Shown one piece after another: positions 60,820-64,000 of a stretch of 64,000 bases of DNA. The notes beneath the pieces were generated by a model. That model was given only the letters and a program-made list of their open reading frames with translations. It was not told the DNA's origin and made no database searches. A program made the position numbers and the translations under genes. This DNA is from Hypanus sabinus (Eukaryota), in the NCBI RefSeq assembly GCF_030144855.1, contig NC_082731.1:29574001-29638000 (forward strand), written 5' to 3'. The number at the start of each line of letters is the position of its first letter. Position 1 is the stretch's first letter.

Positions 60820-63800
60820 TAGAACCATAGAACATTACAGCACAGAAACAGGCCTTTTAGCCCTTCTTGGCTGTGCTGAACCATTTTTCTGCCTAGTCCC
60901 ACTGACCTGCACCTGGACCATATCCCTCCATACACCTCTCGTCCATGTACCTGTCCAAGTTTCTCTTAAATGTTAAAATGGAGCATGCATTTACCACTTC
61001 ATCTGGCAGCTAACTCCACACACTCACCACTCTCTGTGTGAAGAAGCTCCAGGCCCCCCTTGTTCCCTTTAAACTTTTCCCCCTTCACCCTTAACCCATA
61101 TCTTCTGGGGTTTTTTCTCCCCTAACCTCTGTGGAAAAAGCCTGCTTGCATTCACTCTATCTATACCCGTCATAATTTTATATAGCTCTATCAAGTCTCC
61201 CCTCATTCTTCTACGCTCCAGGGAATAAAGTCCTTACCTATTCAAACTTTCTCTGTAACTCAGTTTCTCAAGTCCCGGCAATATCCTTGTAAACCTTCTC
61301 TGCACTCTTTCAACCTTATTAGTATCCTTCCTGTAATTTGGTGACAAAAATTGCACACAATGCTCCAAATTCGGCCTCACCAATGCTTTATACAACCTCA
61401 CCATAACATTCCAACTCTTATACTCAATACTTTGCTTTATAAAGGCTGATGTACCAAAAGCTCTCTTTACTACCCTATCTACTTGTGAAGCCTCTTTTAG
61501 AGAATTTTTTATCTGTATTCCCAAATCTCTCTGTTGTACTGCACTCCTCAGTGCCCTACCATTTACCTTGTATGTTCTACCTTGGTTTGTCCTTCTGAAG
61601 TGCAATACCTCACACTTGTCTGTATTAAACTCCATCTGCCATTTTCAGCCCATTTTTCCAGCTGGTCCAAATCCCCCTGCAAGCTTTAAAAACCTTCCTC
61701 ACTGTCCACTACCCCTCCAGTCTTTGTATCATCTGCAAATTTGCTGATCCAATTTACCACATTATCATGCAGATCATTGATATACAAACGGAGATGACAA
61801 ATAACAATGGACCCAGCACTGATCCCTGTGGCACACCACTAGTCATTGGTCTCCACTCAGAGAAGCAATCCTCAACGAACACCCTCTGACTTCTCCCATT
61901 GAGCCAATGTCTGATACAATTTACTACCTCACCATGTATACCTAGTGACTGAATCTTCCTAACTAACCTCCCATGCGGGACCCTGCCAAATGCCTTACTG
62001 AAATCCATGTAGACAACATCCACTGCCTTCCCTTCATCCATTTTCCTGGTAACCTCCTTGAAAAACTCTAATAGAATTGTTAAGCATGACCTACCATGCA
62101 CAAAGCCATGTTGACTCTCCCTAATAAGTCCCTGTCTATCCAAATACTTGTCGATCCTATCTCTTAGTACTCCTTCCAATAATTTACCTACTACCGACAT
62201 CAAACTTAATGGTTTATAATTTCCCAGATTACTTTTTGAGCAGTTTTAAACAATGGAAGAACTTGAGCTGTCCTCCAATCCTCCGGCACCTCACCCGTAG
62301 AGACCGACGTTTTAAATATATCTGCCAGGGCCCCTGCAATTTCAACACTTGTCTCCTCCAAGGTCCGAGGGAATACCCTGTCAGGTTCTGTGGATTTATC
62401 TACTCTGATTTGCCTCAAGATAGCAAGCACCTCCTCCTTTTCAATCTGTGTAGGCTCCATGACCTCACTATCTGTTTGCCTTATTTCCATTGTCTCCATG
62501 CTAGTTTACTTAGTAAATACAGATGCAAAACCTATTTAAGATCTACCCCATTTCTTTTGCTTCCATACATAGCTGACCACTTTGATCTTCATGAGAACCA
62601 AATTTATCCCTTACTATCCTTTTGCTCTTAATATACCTGTAGAAGCTTTTTGGTTGATCCTTCACCTTGACTGCCAAAGCAACATCATGCCTTCTTTTAG
62701 CCCTCCTAATTTCTATTTTTTAAGTATCTTATTGCACTTTTTATACTCCTCAAGCATTTCATTTTCTCCCTGTTCCCTATACATGTCATACATCTTTCTC
62801 TTATTCTTTATCAGATTTCGGATATCCATTTAGAACCAAGGTTCCTTATCCTTATTCACTTTGCCTTTAATCCAGACAGGAACATACAAACTCTGCACTC
62901 TCAAAATTTCTCCTTTGAAGGTCTCTCACTTTGGTACCAATCACATCTTTGCCAGAGAACAACCTGGCCCAATCCACACTTTTTAGATCCTTTCTCAACC
63001 CAAGGACCAGATCTATCTTTTTCCATGACCAAATTGAAACTAATGGTATTATGATCACTGGAACCAAAGTGTTCCCCTACACACTCTTCCGTCACCTGTC
63101 CTAACTCATTTCCTAATAGGAGATCTAATATTGCATCCACTCTAGTTGGTACCTCTATATATTGATTTAGAAAACTTTCCTGAACACATTTTACAAACTG
63201 TAACTTGTCCATAACAGTATAAGAGTCCCAATCGATATGTGGAAAATTAAAATCCCCTGCTATCACAACTTTATGCTTCCTGCAGTCGTCTGCTATCTCT
63301 CTGCAGTTTGCTCCTCCAGTTCTCACTGACTATTGGATGGTCTATAATACAACCCCATTAAAGTGGTCATACCTTTCCTGTTTCTCAGCTCCACCCATAT
63401 GGCCTCAGTAGACAAGCCCTCTAATCTGTCCTGCCTGAGCACTGCTGTAACATTTTCCCTGACTAGCAATGCCACCCCCCTCCACCCTTTATTCCTCTGC
63501 CTCTATCATGTCTGAAACATCAGAACCCTAGAACATTAAGCTGCCAGTCCTGCCCCTCCTGTAGCCAAGTTTCACTAATGGCTATAATGTTGTAATTCCA
63601 TCTGTCAATCCACGCCCTCAGCTCGCTAGCCTTCCCCACAATATTCCTCGCATTGAAATAGACACACCTCAGAAGATTATAACCACCACACACAATCCTT
63701 CTATTTGTCACTTTGCATGAACTTTTAACCTCATTTATTTTCACCCCCACTCCACTATCTACTCTGGCACTCTGGTACCCATTCCCCTGCAAATCTAGTT

Positions 63801-64000
63801 TAAACCCTCCCCAATAGCACTAACAAACCTCTCTGCAAGGATATTAGTCCCTTTGTAGTTCAGGTGTAACCCATCTCTCTTGTACAGGTCCCACCTGCCC
63901 TAGAACAGGTCCCAATGATCCTGAAATCTGAAACTCTGCACACTACACCAGTTCCTCAGCCACGTGTTCATCCACCAGAGCATCCTATACTTACCCTCAC
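60820..64000 (-). mobile_element. CR1-like LINE, decayed ORF2, running off the window end
   Basis: RT C-terminus 61234-61635, [11 protein letters not shown] 61754-62203, EN 62901-63792. Confidence 0.85.

Noticed and set aside
1-64000. V, D, J segments or CH1 of the IgW cluster; rRNA or tRNA genes
   Set aside because: No V-type frame ending in YYC plus RSS, no WGxG J motif and no further Ig domain were recognised. The only tRNA similarity is the PBS.

Overview
Vertebrate genomic DNA, almost certainly from a cartilaginous fish; a batoid/ray is my inference from the repeat content. The + strand carries the 3' half of an IgW (IgX/omega) heavy-chain cluster. Exon order: CH2 (151/169-468), Cys-rich short secretory exon (1138-1268), CH3, CH4, CH5, CH6+tailpiece (to 7428), about 17 kb of transposons, a second diverged CH3-like/CH4-like pair (24539-25248), a candidate small secretory exon with its own AATAAA (27330-27410), TM1 (28004-28146) and a candidate TM2 (42693-42704). 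V, D, J and CH1 are not in the window, so domain numbering rests on homology to known IgW/IgNAR. Most of the remaining sequence is nested transposons: many CR1-like LINEs, two L1-like LINEs, Rex1/Babar and I/Nimb-like LINE pieces, a Penelope remnant, a hAT DNA transposon and two Gypsy-type LTR elements. There is an assembly gap at 56330-56461. The most notable observation is the duplicated C-domain cassette lying 3' of the tailpiece exon and next to its own secretory and TM exons. This suggests mutually exclusive C-region modules generated by RNA processing. TE boundaries without a TSD or TIR are approximate, and all identities were counted by eye.
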